Source: Phoronis australis (taxonomy: Eukaryota > Animalia > Phoronida). From it: a DNA stretch of 64,000 bases. The stretch spans positions 41,594 to 105,593 of the forward strand of contig NMRA01000462.1 of NCBI GenBank assembly GCA_002633005.1. The letters run 5' to 3'. This document shows positions 50,541 to 64,000 of this stretch, in pieces. The notes below the pieces were generated by a model. That model saw nothing but the letters and a program-made list of their open reading frames with translations, did not search any database and was not told where the DNA came from. How positions within the stretch are numbered: position 1 is the first letter of the stretch; each line of letters starts with the position of its first letter. Position numbers and translations under genes: made by a program.

Positions 50541-52361
50541 TTATGTTCAAGTTCACTTGTCACAGAATGTTATTTTATTTGTTAGTGGATGATCTTGAGC
50601 AATAAGGAACTGTTCTCAAACAAGTTGAGACCCAGTTTTATAGTGGTCGAAATCAAAAGTTGGTTGAATCTTTGATGGAACTCGTGGGTAAACTCTATGC
50701 CTATGGTCTTATTCCGTAACAAAGAACACATTGGAAAGTATGATTCATTTCTCTCCTTCATTCATTTTATCCTGTTTTGGTAGGTACTACCGTAAAATGC
50801 CTGTTTAGTGGGAGTTACAGACGTCTTTCTGTTGTGTTATCAGTCAAACATTTTTTGTTCCTTAATTTGATTAAATACTGGTGTATAGGAGAGAGCATTG
50901 ACTGCCTTTCTTGAAATGTACTGGGTGTGCTTAGCGTTCCTTTTGCATTTTTATGGACGGAACAGGTGGCCTCATAAGTGGCACCACAGCAGGCCAAAAG
51001 GTAAAGTTTGTTTTGAAATTACTGTGGAAATCATTTCCACCAGTTCCACAATTAAGGCAAACCAATCATGGAACTTGAACCCAGACTTAACCAAGCCTGG
51101 TTCAAACAATTGTTTGGGGACCAACTGTTTCCCATTTCAAACTGGGTTGTTTGTGTGTTGTACTTGCTGTTTGAGAGTTCAGGGGCTGGTCAGCAGAGAT
51201 AGGAAAGGCCTGTGGTGAATCATTCTGCATGTAATTGATTACCAGACTTTGGCTCTGGGAAGTCATAGCTCTGACCCACAAAAATGTTTATGTTCTTAGG
51301 ATTAATTGGGCTAACTGTAGGTCAATAATACATTTTATGATTAAGTTATAAGATATTCAGTGCAGTTTATTTCACTGCTTTAAGATTTAAAAATGGGCAA
51401 ATGTTTTTCTGAATTTGCGAATTATGTTGTAGTTAGATGATAGCATTCACCAAGGCTGGGTTGCATAAATCTGCAAACAAGATTCACTCTAGAGATATAA
51501 CTGATTACAACATGACGTCAAAAGGTATTGTTCCTGTATTGCTGTGCGATAGCGCATGTCAACGTTGGTATTCAGCACAGGACTATTGTATTTAACCAGA
51601 CCGGTCAGGCTTCAAGAGTAGTTTCTTAATAAGCTATTACGCCCAAAATTTATCAACAAAATTATGATTTTTCTAAGACCGGTTCCATTACAATGTTTCT
51701 TTATATATGCAAATCAAATGTTTAACAGGTGCTGTTTTATGACAGTCATCCCTTATAGACCTTATGCTAACTAAGTTGCCTTAGTTCAAACCTGTATAAA
51801 TATATTTGGGCATTAGCCATCACTCAGCTAGCTGACAAGATAACTAACTAGCAGGGTAGCATTTTCTCACCGTTCATTTTTGTTGCTGAGAATTTTGACA
51901 AAATAAATCCCACTTGTTTTAAATAGGTGAAGAGTTACCATGACTTGTTTCACAGACTGATAAATTTTGACCCTTTCTGACTTGTTGCACTGTTGGCCTT
52001 CTCATAAATCAAAGGTCTTGGTCATTTGACTAGATGGTCATGTGACTCTTGTCCATTGTTGTTTTCCCTGTGGATGTCCACTATTACGTAATATGTGGCC
52101 AAGTGTTTACTTCACCATCTGCACCTGAATGGCTCTTCATTGGTTTGGTTTACCCATGCATCAGATTATGAGCTGTGTAGCACCTCTTATTGATCATCAT
52201 TTTCTGGAAATTCTGATCAGAAAATAAGCGTTTCCTTTAATATCATGAATCCATATTTAATGTCTTCATGACATTGTCCTCCCAATGTCTGTTTTCATCA
52301 GTAACCTCACCACTTGGACCCAGCTCGGCCAATATATTTTAAAACCACCTGTAAATTAATG

Positions 52362-53348
52362 ATCGTGAAATTTCCAACCTATCCACTGATCATTATTGAC
52401 TTTTTTATCGTTGTTTTTCATACTGACCAGCGTTTTTTGACCAACCGCTGTGAGCAGAAATGGCGTGGTCCATTTGCCATGTGGCTACAAATTTTCTAGT
52501 TTAGTGATGCCAGACCCTTGTCTTGTACAACATTCCTATGTTGCCATGGATTCCAAACACAACAACCCAGGCATCTGTTCTGTTCTATTGCCCTGGTGGG
52601 AAGAGTTGTCTGCCACCAGTATTTTCTTGTGGATGATTGAGTGTGGATGTTGTAGTGCATTTGACTTTGTCTGGATACTGTTTACATTAGGATATTGTCT
52701 TGTTACAGAGATACTGGTGTTGATGGGAGTAGTTTGTTTGATTTAAGTTGTTGGGGGAAATTGTGGGAGGCCAATTAGTATGCCACTAGTTCAGTACTCT
52801 GGATTACACTCTTGTTATGTGTTTATGAGAAGTTATCTTGGAATTTAGGAGGGGNATCGTGAAATTTCCAACCTATCCACTGATCATTATTCACTTTTTT
52901 ATCGTTGTTTTTCATACTGACCAGCGTTTTTTGACCAACCGCTGTGAGCAGAAATCGCGTGGTCCATTTGCCATGTGGCTACAAATTTTCTAGTTTAGTG
53001 ATGCCAGACCCTTGTCTTGTACAACATTCCTATGTTGCCATGGATTCCAAACACAACAACCCAGGCATCTGTTCTGTTCTGTTGCCCTGGTGGGAAGAGT
53101 TGTCTGCCACCAGTATTTTCTTGTGGATGATTGAGTGTGGATGTTGTAGTGCATTTGACTTTGTCTGGATACTGTTTACATTAGGATATTGTCTTGTTAC
53201 AGAGATACTGGTGTTGATGGGAGTAGTTTGTTTGATTTAAGTTGTTGGGGGAAATTGTGGGAGGCCAATTAGTATGCCACTAGTTCAGTACTCTGGATTA
53301 CACTCTTGTTATGTGTTTATGAGAAGTTATCTTGGAATTTAGGAGGGG
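52362..53348. repeat. Apparent tandem duplication (52362-52854 vs 52856-53348) around N at 52855; probable assembly artefact
   Basis: Nearly identical 493-bp copies separated by one N; duplicate ORFs 52450 and 52944. Confidence 0.88.
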
Positions 53349-53449
53349 TAGATTGAGTGATGGAGAGAAGGAGTGTTATGCTCAGTCCTATGAAAATAAG
53401 ATGTTTAAAATTCAGTCCTCCTCAAAACTGTATTTCAACAATATTTTGG

Positions 53450-53684
53450 CAAAGGCGGATCTACGGGGGGGAGGTTCAGGGGGTTTAACCCATCCTTCCG
53501 GACAGGATCAGAAATAAAAATAAAAAATGTCGCCTGGAAGATGAAATCAGGTACAAAAACTAAAAAAAATTTACACGGTAAGGGGTAACCACCTCCCCAC
53601 TTCCCCCCGCTCGCCGCTACGTGCCTCAGATTTGCACTAATCCTAAACCCCTCCCCCGTTACTGAAAACTTAAATCTGCCACTG
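53450..53684. mobile_element. Small MITE (CAGTGGCGGATC-type TIR)
   Basis: GGCGGATCTACGGGGGGGAGGTTCAGGGGGTTTAACC ... TAAATCTGCCACTG; same family as 540-703. Confidence 0.6.
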
Positions 53685-53704
53685 CCTGGGCATCCTCATC
53701 TACA

Positions 53705-54127
53705 GTGCCGTTTACACTACAAACGTTGACATGGATCACCTGACACGGAAAGAGTTGTTCCAGTGTGTAAACGGCACTGACACGGAACAAATTGATACCG
53801 CTGTGACAACTTTTGCCACAACTTTTTGTGAGGTAGAGCAATATGTGCTCGAACATCTTGCTCCGTGTCAATTATAAGTCTAAACGCGTAATTGGGGCAA
53901 GGCGGAAAGGATCATCTCTACTGCGCTTGCCTAATGATCTACGTACGGGTTCTTTGTCTCTGCAACTCTTGTCATTTGTAAACCTGCGCATGTGCGATCC
54001 AGTCTCTCCAGCCTGCAATTTCTTTCTTGCCACAGTTAGTGAGTTGTGCGTGTAAACGGACGCTTGACACCAATCAATTTGCTCCGTGTCTGTTGCGCCG
54101 GGCCAAAAGTTGATGTCTAAAGGGGAC
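53705..54127. mobile_element. PIF/Harbinger-like MITE (copy 2)
   Basis: GTGCCGTTTACACTACAAA ... GGCCAAAAGTTGATGTCTAAAGGGGAC|TTA; homologous along its length to 50126-50540. Confidence 0.7.
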
Positions 54128-56784
54128 TTATGTACTCTTAACATGAGCTCCTTCTTTTTCATGCCGTCGTTAAAGTGACATTATCATCAAGAAAGTGATA
54201 TTCAATAATTATAAAAACATTTTTTTGTTCATAAAAGCGATAATGTCACTTTAAGACTGAGGATAAGAAAGAGAGACATACATACTGCAATGTTCCCAAG
54301 AGTGTTGGCCAACACAAGATTTGGACTGAGGCCTCACAAATGAGAGTCCCAAGTCCAAACTTGTGTGCTGTACTTTACTTCACTCATAAATATCATTGGC
54401 ATGAGGTCAGGGACTCAGGGAGGGGGGTGTATGATTTTTCAAAGGTGTATTTCTGGTTGTAGTAATGATATAGGCGCATTTTTGTGAGGGCGACGTTGAA
54501 TTTTGTAGTGCTTGAGACTGTTAATGACATTGGTGCATATTCAGTCTAAAGCCCAGTTTCATAAACCACATAAATAAATTGTTTGAGATTAAAAATTCAA
54601 GATACTGTAATGTTAGAGAAGATCAACATTGGTTAGACCAACACAGGTCCTTACATAAAACGGGCCCATGTTTACAAAACGGCTAAACTAGAAGAGCCAG
54701 TCAGGTAAAAATGTGTGAGCAAAAATGGCAGGCTTATACGCTTGTGCAAATGTTGTCATATTCAATTGAGGAATAATAGCTGAGGCAAATTGTACATCAG
54801 CGCACACAGATGTATGTGCATACCTGTATAAGTGTGTTGTCATACATAGTGCAGTAATTTGTTCACTCCCTTCAGACGCTAGACTTGAGCTGTCTGGCTG
54901 TGAATTATGAAATTCTTTTTGCTTCTCAACCAGTTGTTGTTATGGCCATCGAAATATAAAGAAGTATTTTTTAGGGCACCTCTGTTCAAAGTCCAAGGGG
55001 TGTCTCACGAGGTACAATCGCAAAAATTTTAGGTAACGTTTAAAGCTTACCTCCAGTGGTGACACATGTTAGTTTAATTCCTGCATTATGTTAAAAGCAT
55101 AAATCTGAGCACACTGAAGTCATTAATTGTCAAATGTAATGAAAGTTGCATAACCTTGTCATCCTGTGTTCAAAGCCTAACTACCTTCTTACCAATGCTC
55201 AAATTATAGTAATTTTCTTGATGATAGCTAATAGTACAAAATATGCTATTAATGCAGTAAACATTTCATAACTTTGTTTAGAAATTTTGCATTTCGAAAC
55301 AAAATTCTTCTTGTCCGCTGTATTATGTCCTTAACTGGAGAATTTTTGCTCTACTTCTTCAGTGGATACTGGTTGTTCCTTGTTGGCTGTTTTTTTTGCA
55401 GTGACGTAACAGGACGTAGTTAGGCTACCAAGGCATTTCAGTGTTTAAATCATATTTTCCTGTGTTGCTGAAATTTACCAAATAGTCCAATATATCTTGA
55501 ATTATAAACGTCAGGTTGAGGAATAAATAAATTTTTGGCCAATTTAAAAGTAAGAAATGGATAATAAAAATGCCGCTAAAGTGCAGCTTGAAAATGATGT
55601 TTCAATATTAGTCAAGTGTCATCCTCAGGTTCAATAGTTTGACAGAAAACAAAATAATAAAATATCGTGGTCAAGTACAATATTTTGACAGAAAACAAAA
55701 TATCATAACAGATAGTCACTTCACATCACTATGCACTGCTCAAGATCTGTCGACTGTCGTTTTCTTGCATTCCAGCATCGTTTGTTTTCCACATCCTACA
55801 GGTTGAGGTAGGCTTAGATAATATTTGTTTCCTGTCCATGTTAGCATTTGTTAAAAGTACATTAGAATATTGAACTGCAAGTAACCTTAATCATTTTGAT
55901 TAACACCCAAAGCACTTTGGGGAACATAGGCATTACAGTAAAAATACTCCAATTTGGGACAGTGAAAAATTGATTATTTTGCTCAAGGTCGGAACTTGTC
56001 CCAAATTCTAGAAATAGACTATGTTGGCCACCCCAAATTCAAGAATCACCTGAAAGAGGCAAAATTACAGGCTTTACAGATTGGAAACTGCATTTTATTT
56101 TTGCCATAATGTGTATTGAGAAAGCCGTGTTTATTCAAGTTGTTTGAGTAATTTCCAGCTGGTGTTAGTGGTGTGTTGTATACCTCTTTGGTTGACAAAA
56201 TAGGGAAATACTTTGTACAACAAGGAAGTGTGTTAACCCAACTCAGTAGTCTGCCTCCTTTTGATAACAAAACTACTTGTAATCTCAGAGACCTTAGTAC
56301 CGTAATTAGGTAATTCTATTTCCTTGCACTTATTGCAAACGTCTCATATTTTTATGTTGGCAAGTGACTGACAACTTGAATTTTGTTGCAGTAAAAAGTT
56401 TTGAATCTGAGACAACCATCCTGCTGACAATTTTTTGTCACATCTATGTTCGTGTGCTATTGTTACCGTGCATGTGCTTTTGTTACCACAGACATGGTGA
56501 GCAAAAACACTCCCAGCATTCTGAATCCAGTGTTTTGGATGGTAAGCACCTCGGACATTGTGTTGATTACATATTTTGGTCCAGTGCTTCCCAAATGGTT
56601 CTTGGCTTCATTAGCTCCATCTGAAATTTCCATTGACCTTATGACACCAGTGACCGTTCTTGCTTGCCGGAGCTTAGTGTCAGTTGTACAGTTTGACTGG
56701 GTGCACTTGCTAATCTCTTGACCAGTCTAGTAAAACTCTCCTTTCTCATGTTTCGACTTGGTTTATGATCCTGTAAGATTTGAA

Positions 56785-57045
56785 TAGCTTCCAGCCATGT
56801 TTATAAACTCCGAGCCATGTTTGAAAAAGTGACAAGTCGCTTTAAAAAATCTTGAGCCATATTTGAAAAAGCTGCAAGCCAGTTCAATACCTTGAACTGT
56901 GTTCAAAAAACTCAACTCGTGTTGAAAAATCTTGAGCTGTGTTTGAAAATCCTTTAAGCCATGTTCCAAAAAGCTTCAGTCATGTTTAAAAATCTTGAGC
57001 AGTATTTGAAAAGTTCCGAGCATTTTGTTCAGCCATGTTTGGGAA
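56785..57045. repeat. Degenerate about 21-bp tandem repeat (AAAAATCTTGAGCCATGTTTG-like)
   Basis: Recurring GAGCCATGTTTGAAAAA / AAAAATCTTGAGC variants. Confidence 0.65.
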
Positions 57046-60000
57046 GCTCTGAGAGTCTTGAGTTTGCTGCTGTAGACACCGAAGGGGAGAACTGTCATAC
57101 ATTTTAGTTGGGAAAGGTGAAGCGGGTAAGGAGAGAAACTGGTTGCGTATTTATAAAGAGTTTTGTATCCAGATTACAAGGTTGACAAAACACAGCTTTT
57201 AGGTATAAAGAAGCGTCCAGGTGAAAACAAGATTGAGCATTATGCTTTTGTTTTTGTGCATTAGAAAAATTCCTGTTTATAAGGTGTTTATTTTGACCTG
57301 TCTGAATTGGAGTAGAAGGTCTGGCGGTACACTTGGTACATTTACACTTGTTCCCTGCAAGAATAATCACCAAAATGGGTGATTACCTTTTTGCAAACGA
57401 TGGGTACTTTAGGGAATGTTGGTAATGTCATCTACACTCTACAAACGGTGCTTTTAGTAGCCTAGATTTAATTATATCATTACTTTTGTGAAAGTCCTAT
57501 TTTTGATCGTCCCTCATGCAGAAGTGGAACATTTTAAAAACAATTCTTAATAGCATACAGAGAAGAGTGCATAAAGCATACTGTGTGAAAGTTTCGTATG
57601 AGTCCTGTCAGCCATTTCTGAGATATGATGTTCCGAAGTTAGTCAAATTTGAGTTGTTTCTTTGATCTGCATATATCCAAAACCTGGCTTCCAGAACTTA
57701 ATCACATCTGTGGGTTAGTGATTCATCGCTCATCAGTTCCATTACTAATATGATGTGTTCCCAGCCTAAACATAACACAGCCAGTTGAAAATGTCAACAC
57801 TCTACCTTTAACCAGGTGCAAAATCAACATTAAGAGTCTGTTGCATAATGCTACAGAAGAGAACCTGCAGTCCTGAAAGTTCATCTCTACACAAAGAACC
57901 TGGTCAATTGGAGAGTTCTCTTGCGTTTTGCTCAGTCGTTTTGTGCATGGGTCAAATCACATGGCCTGCGCCGTTTGATGCCCTGCAAAATACATTTAAC
58001 CATGTGCATTTAAAAGTGGGAATGGTAACTAGCCAAAACATATTTTATGCCAATGTCTTTTTCCTGGCTTTTAAAACTGTCAGTTGCTGAATTATTCAGT
58101 GAAGTAACTTCATTCGAATTTGTTTAATTTACCTTTCAAATGCGTAAGGCCTGTAGGCAATTGCTTTTGCTTGAATGTTTAAATGAGTGTGTTTTAAGTT
58201 CCGTGAGCCATCAAGAATCTTATGGTCAAAAGAAACTTGCTATTGCATAACTGAGCTCTTAAAAATGCTGTTTTTTTGTTTTCCGTGATGAGGTGTGAAT
58301 CATCTTACCTTGAAAAAGTTTCTCAGTTTGGTCTGTGACTGTTATTTTTGATGGTGGAACAGCTTTGTATTTTGTCATAGATAGTCTTTTTTGGGGCGGG
58401 GGGCAATACAGACGATAAATGTCATCCCTTGTGAAATTAAAACACTGACTCCAGGAGTTGCTTGTCCATAACCTAAGATTTTAGCTGCATACTGCAAAAT
58501 GTTGCGGGTTATAATGTCATGGTCATGATTGGAGGATATGCTATTCATAACGGTAGCATCTCACCACTTTAGGACTCGATATGGCGAACAAATAAAATTT
58601 CATTTTTTGGTGTTTTTTATTATACGATCAGTGGTACCAAATAAATCCTTCATCGTTTTTAAAGCTGCTATAAGCCCTTTTTGCATCAATAAAACAAATT
58701 TTATATTTAATTTTTTCAAATGAAATGGGGCACACCTAAAAAGAAATGTTTGAGTTAGTAAGGCAGTGAAAATATGTTATCGCTTGAGACCAGATGATAG
58801 TAGTCAGGCTGCACCATGATGAAATATGCCCCGTCACTAGATGGCACTGGGGTAGTTGATGGACAGTGTTATGCATTCTTCTATTGATTTAATGCAGTTG
58901 GATATTTTTTGCATTTCATGTGAATTCTCCACCACCACTATACTGTCAAATATGTTGTAGTCGTGTTGTGTGATGTTCAAATGTTCGCTGAAAAGTTTCC
59001 AACGTCTGAAAATGTCTATAATTTAAAGAAATTCTACTTCTTCACTTTCTACTCGGTCCTTCTGGCTCACCAGAATTAGAAATTGGGTCGTGTAAATGAC
59101 TCCCTTTGTACTTTCGCAACACTAAAGATTCTATGTCGTCATCAGCTGGTCTTATTTGTTCCAGGACAGCCTGAAGGCCATTTTACTTCTCGAAAGCATG
59201 TTTTGACTTTTATTGAATAGGAAATTGAATGCATTAAAATGCACCCTGTTGTCAGATAACTTTTTCTGAGTTGGTGATTTGTCACATATAATGGCGCACA
59301 ACCTTATAGTCATTACTTCCTTGTTGTGATTTCTATAACTACGTGTTTACATGCACACAAGATGATGACAGGCGGTAGGGAAATGGAAAAACCCTTTCCT
59401 TATCATGGGTTTTCCAGTTGTGAGAAAACCCATGTACCTGACTGTTTTACATCATTCTGTTTGCTTAGTCTGTAGATGGTGTGGTCTGCTGGTTGTGAAT
59501 TGTTTACCAAGCTGCCTCCTATGGCATAAAGTTGATATTGTGCTATCACTGTTGAGTAGAAAAAATATGCTGGAAAACTTTGTGTTAGGGAATTGCATTC
59601 CTGTGAGACAAAGAATTATGAGATCTGTCACCTTAGTGCAAAGGTATGCTATTTTGAACGATTCACCTGAGGATTAGTTTACTACAATAAAATCTCACCA
59701 ATTTAGGACACAATATGGTAGATGGTATGTAGTTCCTTATGGACTTTTTTTCTGTGTTCAAGTACTGTATCACAGCGTCAAACAGACAATACTTTGAAAA
59801 TTATGGGCATATGCAACGATGCTAGAAGCCTTTAGCAATCATTTTTGTTCAAAATTGGTGAGATTTTCCGTAAATTAATTTCCAGGGATCCTTGCCTTTA
59901 TTGGGCACCCCTTAGATCAGGCTGCATTCCATATAGACCAAGTTTTTGTGGGAGAAAACTAAGATCTAGTAAGGCTTCGCAAAATCGTGAGATTGAAAGT

Positions 60001-61396
60001 GAATGTTTTGCAAATGTACTCCTGAGCTTATGCCATCAAATGGTAGCCATTGAAGTCATTGGTTGGGGAGTTATTGTTGAATTATAGTACTGTATTCATT
60101 AATTTTAGATAGAATTCAACTTTTCCGTCCCATAAGCGAAGTTAGTTTGATGCAAATACAAGCTAATGTGTACATCTTGCATTAAGTCTGGTGCATTATG
60201 GGTTTTATCTGCTCAGCTCTTGATAGCCTCTTTGTGGAAGTTTTTCAACTAAAGGTTTGTGTTTGCTCTGAACTGAAATTAGTTTGACATTGGTAAGAGA
60301 AGGTTTCCAAAGGTGTTGTCAAGAATATCTGTCCCGCTACCCTTAGATTACTGTTCTAATCAAATAATGTTTTTATGCGTTATTGTAAACTTGTTGTCGT
60401 TATTGACCGTGGTTAAATTTTCTTTCATGTATCACAATGTGATCACGCTGTTTAGGACATAAATGATAGTGCAGGGTATTTAGCCCACAGAATGGCAGTC
60501 AGGTGGAAAAAAGTCAAATTTCTCAACAAAAAATTGAGATAAGAGAATTTTAGTCTACTAGTAGTGTTATTCCGGTCATATCTTGGTTTATACTGTGTAA
60601 ATGTCATAAAACAACATTAGGTAAAGTTTGCATTATTTGTAATAACATAATGGATCTTTGAAAATTAAAAAGTCAATTTTGGTAATCATTTTTGGTGAAA
60701 TAAGTGAAGAATTGTCATATTATGATGGCTTTATTGTGAAGATTGTCGAGTTTTGTTGTTTTACATTCTTTGTGTTGTGAATTCTGTTTATTGAGTTGTA
60801 GTTGGACAGTTCTAATGAGGGCAAGCATGGGATATTGATGAACTGTATTAAAGTGGGAAACATTATACGCTATATGCAGTGTTGCGAGAGCACAAAAACG
60901 TCTTGCTTGACCAATTTTTTCAAATTCTTTTTGTGCACTAGATGGACAGTTTCGGCAGTACCATTTCTCTTTTTGAAGCTGCATCCCCCCGACAGCATCG
61001 AAGTGTCCCACATTTATTATATGTGGCAATATTTACATGCTCAAGTCCTTGGGTAATCTGCAGCTGGATACTTTTGTGCTTTCCTTCCCTATTTACCCCT
61101 GTTTTATTGTTCTGTGACAACTAAAGAAAGGAAAAAAGTTCTGTTGGCACAATGTCACTCGATGGACATTTTCCCTTTTCACCCTTGATCAAGGTGTGTG
61201 TGCTTTTTCATTTGGGAATGTTAGCAATCTAATGTGTGTGTACCATAGAGCGATGGTTTCTGTTTGAACAGTACTGTGCAGTATGATAGCTGTATTATGA
61301 ATGTTGGCAGTTTCAAATAGGAGCCTGCTCTCTTTACCATAATTCGCTTGACACTCTCTTATGTCACTCCTAGTGACCTTGTCTGTTTTTGCTAGG

Positions 61397-63154
61397 TGAA
61401 AAAGTTATAACCCATTGACAATATGTAGAGTTTTCACTGCAAACAGAGCTCCAGATAGAAATTATTTTGTGCCGTATTGCTCGAGTTTTATCTCCTATAT
61501 GAATAGAGCGGGCATCCCATCGCAGGAGCCCTCCATATTTATCTTGTCAAGACGTAGTATCTTGGATTCCTATCTCTGTTGGTAACCAGACAAAATGAAA
61601 ACACCCTAGATAGTCACTTTTGGTGAAATAAATAATGATGATGACAATGACCAGGATGTTGTTGATCACTCATGGTGGTGATAAAAGGACTAAGAAACAG
61701 CCTTTGCACAGTAAATGGTAAACCAACAAATGTGCAGCAAAAACAATCAGTAAAACAGCAGTCATCAGTAAATCTCGTGTAACTAGAAAATGTGAAATCG
61801 TGGAGAAAAACGAGTGGCAATATATGGTGTCATATAGAAGTAATTTCGTCAGCTGGTTACAGTGTTCTGAGCCTTCAGGCCACACATGGCTCAAGCACAA
61901 GTAAAGTACAAGACAATTGACATGTCCTTGACCTTCTTTGTATTCAGTGACCCTGTGTTTCTTCTTCAAGTGTTTTGAGGTATGGTTGAGAATCCAAGGG
62001 TAAAGTGGAAGAATGTGAGTTTAAATGAACAAGTTTACATTGACCTCCATACAGCTAGCAGAAATTGCTGGGAGGGGGGGGGTCAGATCAGTTGGTGCAA
62101 AGATCTTTTTTTGTAGAAATGATTCATTCATGTGACCAGCCCCAGATCGTATGTCTGGTCTTGGCTGAGACAGTCCTAAACTTTTGATTTTTAACTTTCA
62201 CACAGTGCTCCTGTAGGTCTCTACTGAGTCTCAATATCAACTTTGGCCAACTTTATTCTAGTTGCANTGAAAAAGTTATAACCCATTGACAATATGTAGA
62301 GTTTTTACTGCAAACAGAGCTTAAGATAGAAATTATTTTGTGCCGTATTGCTCGAGTTTTATCTCCTATATGAATAGAGCGGGCATCCCATCGCAGGAGC
62401 CCTCCATATTTATCTTGCCAAGACATAGTATCTTGGATTCCTATTTCTGTTGGTAACCAGACAAAATGAAAACACCCTAGATAGTCACTTTTGGTGAAAT
62501 AAATAATAATGATGATGATGACAATGACCACGATGCTGTTGATCACTCGTGGTGGTGATAAAAGGACTAAGAAACAGCCTTTGCACAGTAAATGGTAAAC
62601 CAACAAATGTGTAGCAAAAACAATCAGTAAAAGAGCAGTCATCAGTAAATCTCGTGTAACTAGAAAATGTGAAATCGTGGAGAAAAACGAGTGGCAATAT
62701 ATGATGTCATATAGAAGTAATTTCGTCAGCTGGTTACAGTGTTCTGAGCCTTCAGGCCACACATGGCTCAAGCACAAGTAAAGTACAAGACAATTGACAT
62801 GTCCTTGACCTTCTTTGTATTAAGTGACCCTGTGTTTCTTCTTCAAGTGTTTTGAGGTATGGTTGAGAATCCTGCCAAGCCAAGGGTGAAGTGGAAGAAT
62901 GTGAGTTTAAATGAACAAGTTTACATTGACCTCCATACAGCTAGCAGAAAGTGCTGGGAGGGGGGGGTGGTTCAGATCAGTTGGTGCAAAGATCTTTTTT
63001 GTAGAAATGATTCATTCATGTGACCAGCCCCAGATCGTATGTCTGGTCTTGGCTGAGACAGTCCTAAACTTTTGATTTTTAACTTTCACACAGTGCTCCT
63101 GTAGGTCTCTACTGAGTCTCAATATCAACTTTGGCCAACTTTATTCTAGTTGCA
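61397..63154. repeat. Apparent tandem duplication (61397-62266 vs 62268-63154) around N at 62267; probable assembly artefact
   Basis: Allele-level differences only; copies abut a single N. Confidence 0.88.
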
Positions 63155-64000
63155 ACGTTTCGATCTTATAAAAATAGTTTCTTTCTTAGTATAGTGTTGA
63201 AAATCTGACTCTGTGTATTCCACACAATCTTGAGTTTGTTGCGTTCAAGAAGGCAATGTAAAATCTTTTGATTGAAGTTTAATTCATGGAGTAACTGTGC
63301 GATCATAGAAACAATAGTTCAACTCATAAATTCATCGTCAATACATTGGTTCTGTGTCTTCAATTCGAATATATGTATGTTCATTCTAAAGGATGAAACT
63401 AAAATGAGTAAGAGCACGTGTTTGATGGAAGTACTGTTTGTAAAGTATATTATGCTCTCCTTAATGATCTACATTTTTTTCAAAAGCTCACTCTTTTGGC
63501 AGCCCCCTCTCTTGTCGGTAAAGAATGCGGTCTTGCGGGAATGTTGATATTTTCTGCCCGGGATTTTCAGGGAATCTTTGGAAATTTAAATGGCGTATGC
63601 CATCCATTAACCTCCGTCCCCAGTGAATGTGCTGTATATTGTAACTGTGATCCCTTATTGGGGTTGGATTTCAATGAAGTCATAACTGTTGGAGAAGCAG
63701 AGTTGTCTAAGGGATGATTTCCAGTACCTACTCTCTCCTGGTTTTTCATTCAAAATTTGTTGATAAAGAGTTTTGTGCAAGCTGCGGTGTTACACTTTCT
63801 TGCAAAATATCCGTAGATTGTTTTGTATTTCCTGTGTGTGTTCCCTTAATATCTGTGAGGATGAAAAGTAGTCATTAATTCATTCCCTGGATAGTTTTAG
63901 CTTTGCCTCATTAGATTTTCATTTCACGCCAAGAATAGATTTTCTTGGAGCAGTGCTAGGGGGCTATTGCAATGTAACTACAGCAACAGTGAATTGATGG

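Noticed and set aside
52362-53348. Duplicated 98-aa hydrophobic ORFs as tandem genes (also the ORF pairs at 31849/32799 and 61614-62777)
   Set aside because: Copies flank single Ns and differ at allele level, indicating assembly overlap; ORFs lack splice support or recognisable domains.
49864-64000. Further coding exons of the TBC1D-like gene or nested genes
   Set aside because: No exon with recognisable TBC-family sequence found; short ORFs look random, consistent with a long intron, though a small exon could be missed.

Overview
AT-rich, intron-rich invertebrate animal genomic DNA (no prokaryotic features; most of the ORF track is noise). By hand splicing I find: (1) a complete 13-exon equilibrative nucleoside transporter (SLC29/ENT) gene on + (CDS 912-17152, 445 aa); (2) a convergent 13-exon RAP80/UIMC1-like gene on - (CDS 41735-23011, about 843 aa: SIM, one UIM, Abraxas-interacting region, two UBZ fingers); (3) the large first coding exon of a probable TBC1D12/14 Rab-GAP on + (48527-49863), whose next intron appears to run out of the window. 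Between the 5' ends of the last two genes is a decayed 4.76-kb Kolobok-type DNA transposon (42257-47020) that the ORF track largely misses. It has TTAA target duplications, AG...CT inverted termini, a 24/25-identical subterminal inverted motif, and two convergent, intron-containing pseudogenes: a THAP-domain transposase start and a KolX / P2X7-C-terminal-ballast-like protein. Introns carry Helentron/HINE elements with internal higher-order repeats, several MITE families, SINE fragments and minisatellites. Three apparent tandem duplications each straddle a single N and are probably assembly artefacts.
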